This document shows, in pieces, positions 1 to 11,747 of a DNA stretch of 32,337 nucleotides. Within the stretch, counting starts at the first letter, position 1, and each line of letters opens with the position of its first letter. The notes beneath the pieces were generated by a model. It did no database searches. It was given only the letters and a program-made list of their open reading frames with translations, and had not been told where the DNA came from. This DNA comes from Folioceros fuciformis (taxonomy: Eukaryota), in contig JBNGIO010006316.1 of assembly GCA_049999805.1 (NCBI GenBank), forward strand, positions 117,221-149,557, given 5' to 3'. A program made the translations under genes and the position numbers.

Positions 1-2
1 CT

Positions 3-3000
3 CCTCCGCCTCTCCCTACTTCCCTGCTTCGGGACGAGGCCGCCTCCCTCGCTTCTTCTTCTTCTTCCTCCTCCTCTTCCTCCGCCATCGCCAGCAGCAG
101 CTCCTCCAACGAATCCAGGCGGAAGCGGCAGCGCACGTCCGGGGAGCTGGAGGAGGAGGAGGATTTTTCCGAGATCGCCACCTTCCCGGCTCGGACCGAT
201 CCTCTCGGCCTGCACTCCGCGCTGCATGATAAGGTCGGGGTTTCGGGACCGGGAGCCCCACCGCAGGACCGCCTGGTGATCATCAAAGGCCGCCTGGCTC
301 TCAAGGTCGGATCCAGGAGGTCGCTCATGCACAAGATGCAGGCCCGGGACCGGGACGGCTTTCAGGACAATGCTATTGCTGCGCCTCTGGCTGCTGCTCA
401 GGAGCAATGTGCCGTACCGCTGCTCGCTGCTACTCCTTCTGCTCCCAACGCAACGTCCCCTGTCTTCTCCTCCTCGCCTCCGGAGGTTGTTGCTGCTGCT
501 ACAGCCACTGCTGCTGCAACGGTTTCCACGGACAGCCCTATTTCCGCCTGCTCCAGCTCCACTGCTGCCGTTGCATCCGGGAGCGGGACCTGGATTTCGG
601 CGTTTGCCAAGCCCCCTGCTGGTGCCGCACCAATTGACAACGGGCTGCAACTGGCCCAAACGCCGCACTCTGCAACTGCTGCTGCTTCTTCTTCCACGCA
701 CCTATCCCTCTTTGCAGATGGCGACCTTGTGCCAGCTCTTGCTGGCCCCGTGTGTCTGGGACCAGGCAATGGCGGTATTTTGCCACTGCACCCGCCTCTC
801 TTCACCTCCTCCAGGGTTCCTGACGACAGGCCCAGGCTGCCTGTGTGCCGCTGCCAAGGAAACTCACATTCTGATTCCAAATTTCCTTCTTCCCACTCGA
901 CCTTAGCGGTCAGCTGTCCGGCACCGGCCAAGGGTCTTTGTCCCTCTACACATGTGCAGTCGGACGACATGGATCTTGGGTCACACAGGGTTGGAGGGGC
1001 AGGTTTGGGTGTGCAAGCACAGGCAGGTTATGGTTTTACCATTACAGCTGGGCGAAGTGATGACGGCGGAGACCAAAATAGCCCAGGCTCTGCAGGCATG
1101 CATCATGCCGATGATGACGATGAGGAGTTGCTTCATGCCGTCCAAGGACATGGCCAGCACCCTCGATTAGCCGAGGCGAAGAAGGAGGAGCTCGGCAGCA
1201 AAGGTAAAAGCAGTTTTCATGGAGTCGGCTTATCTGATCAAGCAGTTGCTCCAGCTGCTCCGCTCTGTGTGGTGAACAGGGAGGATGAGGAGGAGGAGGA
1301 GCTGTCCGCCGCGGCTGAGCTTGACAATATCGCTGAACCGTCCTTGGTGAGCAAGAAAGCAAAGAACCGGAAGCAGGGTGACAGAGACCAAGAGCAGAGG
1401 AGAGAGCCAAGCTCGTCCGCAGGCAGAAATAGCTCTCCGTCAGAAGACAGGCAACGAGATGGGATAGATGCTTTCTCATTGGCAAAGTCGGTTGGCCTAT
1501 CTGATGTTGTAGCTGCTGGCTGCAATGCTCTTGACAAGTTAGCAGCCTCTGCATTGAGAGGTAAAGCTACTAGAACAGGTGGTAAGATGGCAGCTGTCAC
1601 GGGGGTGGCAGGTGGGAAAAAGGGCAAGGCATTATCTGCCGAGGTCTATGTTGCACTCACGGAGGCTTTCGTGGACATGATTCAGGTTCTCAAAGAGCAT
1701 GTTACCCTACTGACCTGGTGTTTGGACTGCCTTGGGAGCATCTTGCCGCCCAGCAGCAGCGATCGCTCTTCCTCCGCAGGGGAGGCCTCCAGTTCAGTAG
1801 CTGGTAACATTGGACCCTTCATACCTTCTGGAAAAGATACTCCTAAGGGAAGTTTTGCAAAGGCAGGGAAGCCTGATAGTGCATGTGGAGCCACTAAGCT
1901 CCAAGGGACTCAGAATGGCCCTCAGTTGGGCATTGCAACTGATCAATCGGTTGCGGCAGACCAGGACCACAGCTCCTCCAAAGCTGCATTGAAATCTGCA
2001 CGGATTGGCAGTTATGCTGCGGCAGCTGTAAGTGCAGGCACTGGCAAAAATGGTGGCTTATCATCATCTTTTTGCAATGGATTCGCCTCTGAGTCTGCAG
2101 CGAGCTCAATTTCTGCCCTTGCTGCAGTTGCATATGCTGCAACGGTACCTATGCTGGCGGAGAAGGCTGTTAAAGCTGTGCTGCATGCAATGCAAGCATG
2201 TGACATTGAGGCACATTCTACCCAGGCTGGTAAGCAGGTGTATGTGAAGTTGTGAAGGTCATGCATGCAGAGCAGGGAGGAGCCATGTCTCCATGATGCT
2301 GTATCAATCAGGCTGCACTGTCACCTGCTTGCTTTCGCGTCACTGCTATTTTCGTAACCATGATAATTTCAAACATAAATATGCTGTAAATATGCCTTTG
2401 TCTTTCACTCTGCTTGCTTCTGATCTAGCCTCGTTTTTTTCTCATGCTTCTCCAGCTCTTCGAGCCCTCTCTGCTCACCTCTCTTCAACGAACTCAAAAT
2501 ATGTCTGTGACGATGCATTCGCATTCATCATAGCTGCAATGCGTGAGTTTGTAAGTGATGCTGAGATGCAGGCAGAAAGCTGCATGGCTCTTGGCTCTCT
2601 CACAAGGGCAGTCAGTGCTGCCACAGGCCATGCAGCTTGGGCTGCCATCACAATTTCCATGGATCATCATCGAACTAACCTTATGGTTCAGGTAAATACG
2701 TTTGCTTGGGACAACGTCTAGGCACTTCGGTGCATCATCCTTTTCCCCTCTAATCTACTGAAATTGTCTCGAAATCAGTTTTCGTTTTTGGAATCCTGGT
2801 TTCTTGGAGGTCAGGGCTTTTGTTGATTGGTACCTCTTGAGTTTGCACTCTTTCTGTGCATGGACTGAGGGTGTGAGACCTGTGGATTTGCAGAGGGCTG
2901 GCTGTGGTGCTTTACAAGTGCTTTGCACCCGCACTGGTCTTGGTGTGCCAGAGTGGGGAACAGGCAAGCGTCCTCTTCGAGCATCAAGGGATGCTGACAG

Positions 3001-6000
3001 AGAGGCTGGCGTTCGAGCGCTTTATTCTGCAATGACAGCCTTTCCTGAGGATGTAAGAATACAATGGCATGGTTGCAGCACGCTTTGGACTTTAGTGCAT
3101 AGTGCAGGTATCAAGAGTGTCACCAATATGGTGAGAAATGGAGCAGTTGCTGCAGTGATTGGAGCAATGTCTGTCTGCCGGATGAATGAGATGATTCAGC
3201 AGGAAGGTTGCAATGTCCTTGGTACGATGGCTAGGACATTGGCAGAGAATGGGCACGAAGTGGGACCTCTTATACTGCCGATTGTTGCTGGAGACGACCT
3301 GAACAGGTCAGCTGGTTTCTGTGCTGAGGGGTCTGTTAACATCTCCAAGACGTCAGTGGGAAGTAGCAAGAAGTTGGCTTCCAGTAGCACCCGCAGTGAC
3401 AGAAAAAGTGGGGCCCCTACAACTCCAGATGAATGGTGGGCGGCTCTGTGGGCAGTTGTTACTGCCATGAAAACGTTCAGCAAATCAAAATCTCTTCAGA
3501 GTAATGGCACGTTCGCCCTTGGATGTATATTGAAGGGCTCTGGTGAAACTTTTCAGTCAGGCATGTCAGCCTCTGGAATGTCCCCCTCACCAGGTATGCC
3601 CCTCAGTAACAGCAAACCTGCCGAGGTCCAGAGCGAGCAGTCTTCTAGAACCAGGCTTTTGTCAGCAGAGCCTCAAATTACTGGAGTCGGTTCTGGACTG
3701 CAAGGAATGATCGCTGGTCAGTTAGTGCCAAACACGTTCCCTGGTAAGGATGTGGTGGATGATGTGGAGAGAATGAATGCTGCGGTTGAGGTTACAATGG
3801 CAGCCATGCGTGAGTTCCAGAAAGTGGAAACTGTCCAGGTGTGGGGATGTGCTGTCCTTCAACAAGCTTTTCTTGCTTATGTGCACTATGCAAAGAGACT
3901 GACACCAGTTTCAATGGGGCTTGAAGCCAGCTTATCTGCAGCTATGGCTGCTTCAGCGGTTTCGCCTTCCGTCCCTTCAAGCTCTGGCTCATCAGCGTCT
4001 CCAGCTTCACCCGGGGGCACTGCAGGTGATCCAACGTTTTCTGGAGAATGTGATGTGTCCTTTGTCGAACCCAGATCATCTTCGTATTCCAACCATTGCA
4101 GCTCTCAAGGAGGGAGCCATTCGTCTATGCTGCCTTCAATCTCACTCCCTGATTCAACAACAGATATTACTGGAGACGAGATGTCTTTAGGCCATTCATG
4201 CTTGAGCTTGTTGGATGCTTGTTTGTCCCAAGCTTCCAGTCCCGGTAGAGGCCCAGCTGCAACGTCAGAGACACCAGCTCCATGCAAGAAGGCAGAGGTC
4301 TTAGGCTCTCCACCCTCATCTTTGGCAACCAGTGTGGTTCCTTCGCCCTCAGATGCGCTTGCGAATCTCATCCTTTCCCAAGCAACTTCAGCAATGTGTA
4401 TGATCTCAGGAACCATGGCTCTTTCATACAACAACGGCACAACCGCAAATCAGGCTCAGTCAAAAGGCGTGACTGGTCTGCAAAAGAATGTTTCAAAGCC
4501 TCCAATGAACAAACCTATGTGCACAAGATCCCAAAACTCTAATCATTCTTTTGCTTCAGTCAGACAGAGCTGGTGTGCAGCACTGGGTGCCATTGGGGAT
4601 GTATTCGGGCACCTAACCAGGAACTCGGAAGGTGCAATTGGGAAATTTCTGTCGACGGGAACAGATTTTCTTGAATCCTTCCAATCCACCAATCCTTCTT
4701 ATCACCGTGGCCTTGCAGACATATCATGGGAAAGTCTGCTCTGGAGCCAACGTAGGCATATGTTTGAAAGAGATGAGTTGCAGTCCTTCAGTGAAGAAGA
4801 TAAGGGTGCTACTCTTGAAGCGTTGTCCTTTTGGACTCAATCTTTGGCTGTATCTAGCACGCGGCATTCTGCATCTGACGAACAGTCCTGTCTGGACAAG
4901 TTACTGCAGCAGTACAAATGCAGGGAGAAGGAGCTGACAAATGATGCCACACTCGCTTCTGAACTGTGGAACCTAGGAGACCAGAGTGAGCACAAAGACG
5001 TCGACAAAGATGCTATTGCCTTGAGTTCAGTGTCACAGCAACAGGCTGTTCGAGATATGAAGGCCTGGCAAGAGGCCACAGAATCAATGGCTAAGATAGC
5101 AGAAAGAGTGGGGTTTCCAATGTCTGTGAAAAATGCAATCCTTGCCATTAGGACGGTTCTTTACAAGTTGGATGATGCAGAGACTGTTATCTGGGCATGC
5201 CATGCTCTTGTAAGTCTATACCTGACTTGGGAAAATGTGCACTTATTCAAACCTGGATCTGAGTGTGATCGTGAAGAGTACAAGTCAAGAGTGTGGCCTG
5301 GAATTGAGAGTGATCGTGAAGAGTACAAGTCAAAAGCTTGGTAGGTAACAATTTCAATTTGCTTGTTTGAGCTCTTGGGATGTTGGTCGTGTAAGTAGTC
5401 CATCGTTAGCAGGGAAAGTATGCATGAAGTGTTCTTGTTGGTCTCAAGGTTTTTCTTGTGTGCAGGGGTGAAGGTGAAGCGGGAGTTTCCCAGCTGGTTG
5501 ACCTCGTGGTTCATTGGACGAACCAAAGTAGGCCAGATGTGACATGTCTGGCACTGCAAGCCCTCTACAGCGCTTGTGTGTTTGCTGCAACTGTCCGCGA
5601 GATTGAAGAAGTGTTCTGCTTGGGTGGATGCGGTGCCAGGGCAATCCTTGGGTCCATGCAGAAGTCACTGACCTCTGGGGGCAGTGCCCTCCAGAGGAGG
5701 AAAGTTGTTCAGCAGGCTTGTTGTGTCTTGACGACAGTGTGTTGCTACAGTATGCAGGCTCAGCTGGCCATTGCAGCAGCAGGAGGAGCGGACATTATTC
5801 TTGCTGCTCTAGATCGCTATGACGAGGACAATCAAGTACAAATTGACGGTCTACACGCTCTTGGGCTGGATTCACGACTGCAACCAGAATTTGATGCCCT
5901 TTGGAACGCTGCCATTTACAGGAACACTCCAGGAGTTACAGGTCGCTGCAGTCGGAGGAGGAAATCAGGTTCAGCAACTGGATCAATGGTGGTGGGCCTA

Positions 6001-9000
6001 ACACATATTTACAGAGAGGGAATAAGGGTTCCAGAAGCTAATGGTGCTGAACCTGGTCGAGAATCTTCGTGCAATCCAGGAAACCAGGATTCTTGGACTT
6101 CTGATTTGGAAAAGCTTGTACTAGATGGTGGTGCTCAGTTGGGCCTCTTCCGCACTGGGCTGATTGCAAGCCCTGGATGTGGTGGCCCACCGTTTGCAAT
6201 TGAGCTACTTAGACGGCTCCTTAGGGACTCCTGCCATAAAGAATCGGCAATGGAAATGCAGGCCCAAGTCTGCCTTCTTATTGGTCACATGGCCGGACAT
6301 GATGCTATCTGGCGGAAGGAATTTACTAATGTAGGTGCAATATGTGCAGTTCTGATTGTCTTGGAACGTGCCAGTGGCTGGAGGCAACAGGACCTTACAA
6401 CATTTGGTCTTGTCCTTGAGGGTGTAGAGACAGAGATACAATGTACCGCTCTATTTACATCTCCTGCCTATCTGGACTGTCACGAAAAGGCTTCGACTGC
6501 AATCCCAGACTCTTGCCCTTGTGGGAAGAGCTGCTCGGGCTGTCCCATAGGGGATAGTGGTGCTTCCGTGCCAGCTAGAGCAGGTTATGTGATTGATAGT
6601 AATGGAGCTCCTTTATCGGATGAAGGGTTGAAGGCACGCTTGCAATATGCTGGATGTTGTGCTCTTGCTGGACTAGTTAAGGAGGGATTCTCATGTAGTT
6701 CTGCTATACTGCCCTTTATTGTAAAGGTAAGTTGTCTGCCTTCATCTACGGTTGCACTTGAGCTATACGATGTACTGTTTCTGATGTGGGAAAAAAAACC
6801 GAAAAATGGTATTGACGTGTGTCACTTGATGAACCAGGCTCTGGCAGTTTCTCTGTTCAAATTGGAGAGCCTTGCATCCCTTCATCTTCAGGATGAGAGA
6901 AAGGATAAAGCACGGCCTGAAGTCTGCTCGCCTGCTAGAGTAGCCCTTGGAAGACTCGGTGTTTTCAGGTGTGTATCAACTTAAACTAAGGTTTCTCTTC
7001 TGTTCTTGTTTGGCCGTATGTATGTCAGGAAGGAGTTGACATCACAATCGTCTGAACGTGGGCTGTTCAGGATTGGGAGTCATGAGGATGGCAAGTCTTT
7101 GCCACGTCTTGCTGCAGAGGCAGGGGATACGTTATGCCTGGAGGCACTTGCCAGCAGAGGGGTGGATTTGCAGAAGACTGACCAAAATGGTCGCACTGCG
7201 TTTTGGTATGCGGAAAGAGCAGACCAAGTGAAAGCGGTTCAGTTCTTAAAAGACCAGGCCCAACTTCAAGTGAGGAGGAGAGCTCGTGAAAAAGCCAAGG
7301 CAAAGGGGGCCCGGAAGGTCAAAGCAGTCATTGCTGTCTCTCCTCCCGTCGAGATTCAGATGTCTACATGTGAGAAAGCAGGTGCAGGAGAGGGGCATGC
7401 TGGTAAGTTGCACACTCCTCTACAATTGGAAGCGTTGAGGAATCCAGAGATGGAAGGTTGGACGAATGAGATGGATCCAGACAACCAGTCATCTTATGCT
7501 GGTGACAGCAAGGAATGTGCAAGCGTAATGCCAGAGCAGGGTGAGAAGACACCCATTTTGCAAGCAAATGTGGACGATGTTCCAGATCATGCGACACGTT
7601 TTACTTTGGAGTTGGATACACATGCCACAGTTGATGAAGCAGAAAATTCAGGGGAGTCTTTGGATACAGAGAAAAAAGAGACCCTCACTGTGGAATCAGA
7701 ACCAGCAGAAACTGTCACAGTTCAGGAGCCCATTGTTGTAAGCGCACCTGAGGCTGGAAAGGATCACGTGCCCAGCCCCAGCTCCTGTGATGACGTCTCC
7801 ACTGCCGGATGCCAAACTCTGCCCGATTCACATAGACTGAAGGAGCAAGAGAACACATTGAATGATGCACTTCGTGAGTCGATGTCTTCTGGCGATGTTG
7901 ATAAGATGCAATCTGCTCTTCAAGCTTGTTCCTATGTGGGATGTAGGGTAGATGAGCGTCTCGTGAAGAGAGTCAAAGCCGCTCTGGCGAAGAGGCTGAA
8001 GCGGATTGAGAAGGGTGCTCTACTCCAGGAAGAGCTTCTCGTTGCTATGGCGGATGGTGAAAGCGTCCGTCTAAGTGCCGCTATAGCAGCTCTTGAAGCT
8101 GTGCCGAGGTTTGCAAACATCTTCCAGGGAGAGCTTGCTACAGCTCGAAGTTTGCTGAGTAGCAAAGATGATGAAATTGAACATGTTAAGGTGAATGCAT
8201 CCTCAGAATGCAGCAGCAGACTCTCAGACCAGCTTGAAATCCATGTTGGGGAGAACGAGGCAGAAAAGGGACCTTCAGGTCGGTTGTTCCTGGAGGAAGC
8301 TGAGAACGTTGTTAGGGTGGAGGGGATTATTGACCAGGTTTCTGACCCCGATTTAATGGATCAAACCAGTTGGACAAATGTCTCTAAAGGAAAACGGCGG
8401 AAGGAGAAAGACACTTGTGATCCTGGACGCAGTGCTTCCAGTCAAATACAGCCTAGGGGTAGAAGGGAGAAGAGCAGCAGGCTGAGGCGACAGAAAGGAA
8501 CAGCTCAACGGCAACAAGCGTCAGGTGGAGATACTACTCAAATCGGATCTGGGCGCAGCAGGGGGTTTAGATGCGCAGATGTGCATGATTATCATGTCTC
8601 TGGAGAGGGCCGAGCATCTCCGTTCTCAGGACCTCCAGAGATGCCCCCTTTACTTCCGACCCCCTTAAGATGCCGCTCCTCGGTTTTACCAGTTGGACCA
8701 TCTTCTCGGTCAGTTATCATGCCTCCCCGATCTGCAGGAAGGGGTGTGCCTTCCCCCACATCTCATGATCCAATAACTCCTCAGCTGTTTCCAGAATCTC
8801 GCCTGCCATATAGCTGTGACTCACCTGTACCTGTTAGCATAGACGGTGATTTTGGTGCTGAGGTTGAACCTCCGGACTCAGGCCTTCTTCCTTTGTCCCT
8901 ACTTTATGCATCCTCCTGGGCCTCTCCAAAGCTGTCAAATTACAGGAACGGATTTATGAAGGACGAGCAATCATGGGATTTGCAAGGTCAGGATGGAAGC

Positions 9001-9699
9001 CCTTCGTTGGATAGTGTTGGACCCTTTGCACCTGCTCTGGCTTCATTCCTGTCATCTGACACTCTGGTGTCATCATCCTCAACCCTCTTCAGTGCATCTC
9101 TGGGCGAATTCCCAACCTCATCAATTCTTGCTGAGGTACCTTCGTCCAAAAACACTTTCCTTGCTGAAGCATTGGTGCCTCCAGCTCCAACACCTATGCT
9201 GAATGTCCACGCCCAACCTTTTCTGCCTGCAAGCACCACTCAGCGGAGTTTTCCGTCTGTGGATAACCATCAATCTGATGCTGGCGACAGTGTGTCCGGC
9301 GCTGAATCAATAATGGCAACTGACGCTTCTTTGCAACAGCTTCTATCCGATTGTGTGGGCCAGTTCCCGACGGCTTTCTTGGAACCGGGGTTTTTCTCTG
9401 ACAGCAAGCACTGTGATGTCTATGAAGCTGTTCCTTTTGAAATGGACCCAGATTATTGTGGGGTGATGCCTTCCCTTTATGAACCAAGCTTTGAAGACAA
9501 ATCACCTGCCGAAGAAGCATTGATAGCAGCTTCCTTAGAGGAATCGTGTTGTATCTGCTTTGACTTGCCGAAAGATGCTGCCCTGATTCCATGTGGGCAC
9601 CGAATGTGCAAGGGCTGTGCTGAGGAGATGCATCGAATCCGGCATCAGTGTCCAATATGCAATCGCACCATAGATGCAGTGCTTGCCCTCTATGGGTGA
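3..9699 (+). CDS. Giant ARM-repeat + ankyrin + RING (C3HC4, IAP/MEX3-like) protein, putative E3 ubiquitin ligase; 5' end lies outside the window; >=2990 aa
   Basis: The frame is open from base 3 (PPPLPTSLL...RRKRQR...). Phase-consistent exons: <3-2229, 2456-2691, 2894-5340, 5466-6726, 6838-6968, 7029-9699, all introns GT-AG. Recurrent motif [VI]xxAMxxFxxxxx[VIM]QxxGCxAL (e.g. AAMREFVSDAEMQAESCMALGSL, SAMTAFPEDVRIQWHGCSTLWTL, AAMREFQKVETVQVWGCAVL). Ankyrin pair GKSLPRLAAEAGDTLCLEALASRGVDLQKTDQNGRTAFWYA at about 7085-7255. Terminal RING CCICFDLPKDAALIPCGHRMCKGCAEEMHRIRHQCPICNRTI. Confidence 0.85.
5252..5341 (+). repeat. In-frame 45-nt tandem duplication inside the coding exon (PGSECDREEYKSRVW / PGIESDREEYKSKAW)
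   Basis: Two copies of cctgga...gtgatcgtgaagagtacaagtcaa directly before the 5341 splice donor. Confidence 0.9.
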
Positions 9700-10753
9700 G
9701 ATTGGTCTCCTTGGCCCTTTGGTGCGCACGTTTGTTACCAAAGAGCATGTGCTAGCATGCTGTCGTTATAAGAGGTTAGGAGTTCCAGGTAAAGCAGATA
9801 TTTCTGTTGTCAATTCTACATTCATCAGCAGTGTTGTGATAGAAGATAGGCGACCTATGATTGAGCATGATCTGAAGAACTGAAGGCTGTGTGTGTCAGG
9901 GAGACGAGTGACTTATGGGCTCATGACTGTGCTCCTTTTATGGGGACCTGGATGTGCAGTAATGAGTCGCTTCGTGTGTAACGCTCATGTCTGAATTTGG
10001 TGGCTGCGTGTGTTTGGCAGCTGGGGCGTCTCGAGACAGGCACGGTAGTCGGCATCCTAGATAGGGTGCTTTAATGTCACCTTGTGGAGGCAGCTTGTTG
10101 TGGCTACACATGGGTTTTCCCTGTACGTGAGTCCCATGTCCTTTTCAAGCTGTCGGGTGACCGGTCGCATACAGTTTCTATCTAGGCTAGCTCTCTCTCA
10201 CGTTGCATCTCCTCATCCCTGCCTTTTCCACACTACTGATTAAACTGCCTGCTTTGATGCCTGTGATGTCACAGATGACGTGTATGTTGTTGGGGATTAA
10301 AGCAAGTGTGTCCTGTACGTGTGGTCGGGGCTTTTGATGGAGGTAAGTGATGAATCAGTCTGACGTGACCAACTGCTGGGATTGTTGTTGCCGCTGCATT
10401 TGCTTGTGCCGAAGCCATTCGTCCATGCTGAAGGGCTCCCCTGCATTTTTGGGTCTAACAATCTGTCGTCTGTTGTAACTGCAGTGAACAAGGATTCCGG
10501 AAAGGTAGCACCGCCCCAAATTTTGTTTGTTGGAGTTGAGCACGACGCTTTAGTTTCGAAGCTGTAGACCGTTGTCCCTCTTGTAACGTAACCACGGGCT
10601 GGATATGGGCTCTAGCAGTTCACTCCACAGTCTGAGACGTGGAATTTTTTTTTCTCATTGTACTTCACCATTTTTTGTTCTGGCCGTGTTCGGATTCTTG
10701 AACACCTACCGTTCCTGTGCCCCAAGGGAAAGCTTAATCGGGTAACGTCCAAC

Positions 10754-11036
10754 TAATTGTTTTTGGAAGAATGTGAGAAATTGTTGTTGGAAGAATGTGA
10801 GTAATTGTTTTTTGAAGAACGAGAGTAATTGTTTTTTGAAGAGCGTGAGTAATTGTTTTTTTTGAAGAACGTGAGTAATTGTTTTTGGAAGAATGTGAGT
10901 AATTGTTTTTTGAAGAACGTGAGTAATTGTTTTTTGAAGAACGTGAGTAATTATTTTTTGAAGAACGTGAGTAATTGCTTTTGGAAGAACGTGAGTAATT
11001 GTTTTTGGAAGAACGTGAGTAATTGTTTTTGAAGAA
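10754..11036. repeat. 24-nt minisatellite (consensus TAATTGTTTTT[G/T]GAAGAA[C/T]GTGAG), about 11.5 copies
   Basis: Direct head-to-tail copies visible; they produce the KTITHVLQ repeat in the minus-strand ORF. Confidence 0.95.
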
Positions 11037-11465
11037 GGGAAGCTCAGGGAGAAAGTGGGTGACAAGGTTTGGGTGAATTAAAGCACTTTGCAGGACCTTA
11101 AGGATTACCTAAACTTTGGATTTCCTTGTTCCCAAAGTTAAGGCCTAAGTATGGAGGTCCTTTTGTATTTTTGAAGCACATTGGGAATGTGAATGTGACT
11201 TACAAATTACAATTGTCTAATTGGATCTTATCTCATGATGTGTTTTATGTCTCTTTGTTGAAATTGATTATGATTTTGAAAGAGAATGAAGACATGAACA
11301 TGGAAAGACTATGTCATTCGAAAGAGAATGAAGACATGAACATGGAAAGACTATGTCATCCTAATTCAATATAACCATAGTCTGTAGAAGATAGTTGAAT
11401 TCCTAGCAGAAAGAGAAGTGCCTTCTATCCGTGGTAATGTTCTAGAGTATCTAGTAAAGCTTTGT
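11037..11465 (+). mobile_element. Degenerate Ty3/gypsy (chromovirus) integrase C-terminal fragment: GPY/F module and start of chromodomain
   Basis: KVGDKVWVN ... FPKLRPKYGGPF...IGNVNVTYKLQL....SHDVFYVSLLK, then KIVEFLAEREVPSIRGNVLEYLVKL (chromodomain VExIL...EYLVKW-like). Stops and frameshifts present. Confidence 0.85.
11278..11359 (+). repeat. 42-nt tandem duplication (KENEDMNMERLCH x2) within the gypsy fragment
   Basis: gaaagagaatgaagacatgaacatggaaagactatgtcat occurs twice in tandem. Confidence 0.9.
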
Positions 11466-11521
11466 GAACGTGAGTAATTATTTTTGGAAGAATGTGAGCA
11501 ATTGTTTTTGGAAGAACGTGA
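11466..11521. repeat. Second block (about 2.3 copies) of the same 24-nt minisatellite
   Basis: gaacgtgagtaattatttttggaagaatgtgagcaattgtttttggaagaacgtga matches the 10754-11036 unit. Confidence 0.9.
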
Positions 11522-11673
11522 AGTTGCACTTTCATGTACATACCTACTACTGTTTTTGGACAATGGTTTTTTGTCAATTGTTATCAAAGCACACCAAACC
11601 GGAGAGGGAGTAACGCCCCTTCCTTCCGCAATGTAAAAGGAAGCAATGGCCTCGAATCTCGTCTATGCTCCAT

Positions 11674-11747
11674 TTACAAATCACTCACTCCCTCTCACAT
11701 GTCTCAGCACTTACAAATCACTCACTCCCTCTCACACGTCTCAACAC
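11674..11747. repeat. 37-nt tandem duplication
   Basis: ttacaaatcactcactccctctcac[at/ac]gtctca[g/a]cac occurs twice. Confidence 0.9.

Noticed and set aside
16-261. Minus-strand Arg/Lys-rich ORF
   Set aside because: Antisense shadow of the poly-Ser codons (TCT/TCC) of the giant plus-strand gene.
276-9699. Five separate genes, as suggested by the ORF track (659, 142, 846, 508 and 897 aa)
   Set aside because: The ORFs join through canonical GT-AG introns with matching phases, and ARM repeats run across the junctions.
10706-11065. 119-aa ORF with KTITHVLQ repeats
   Set aside because: It is only the translation of the 24-nt minisatellite and has no coding support.
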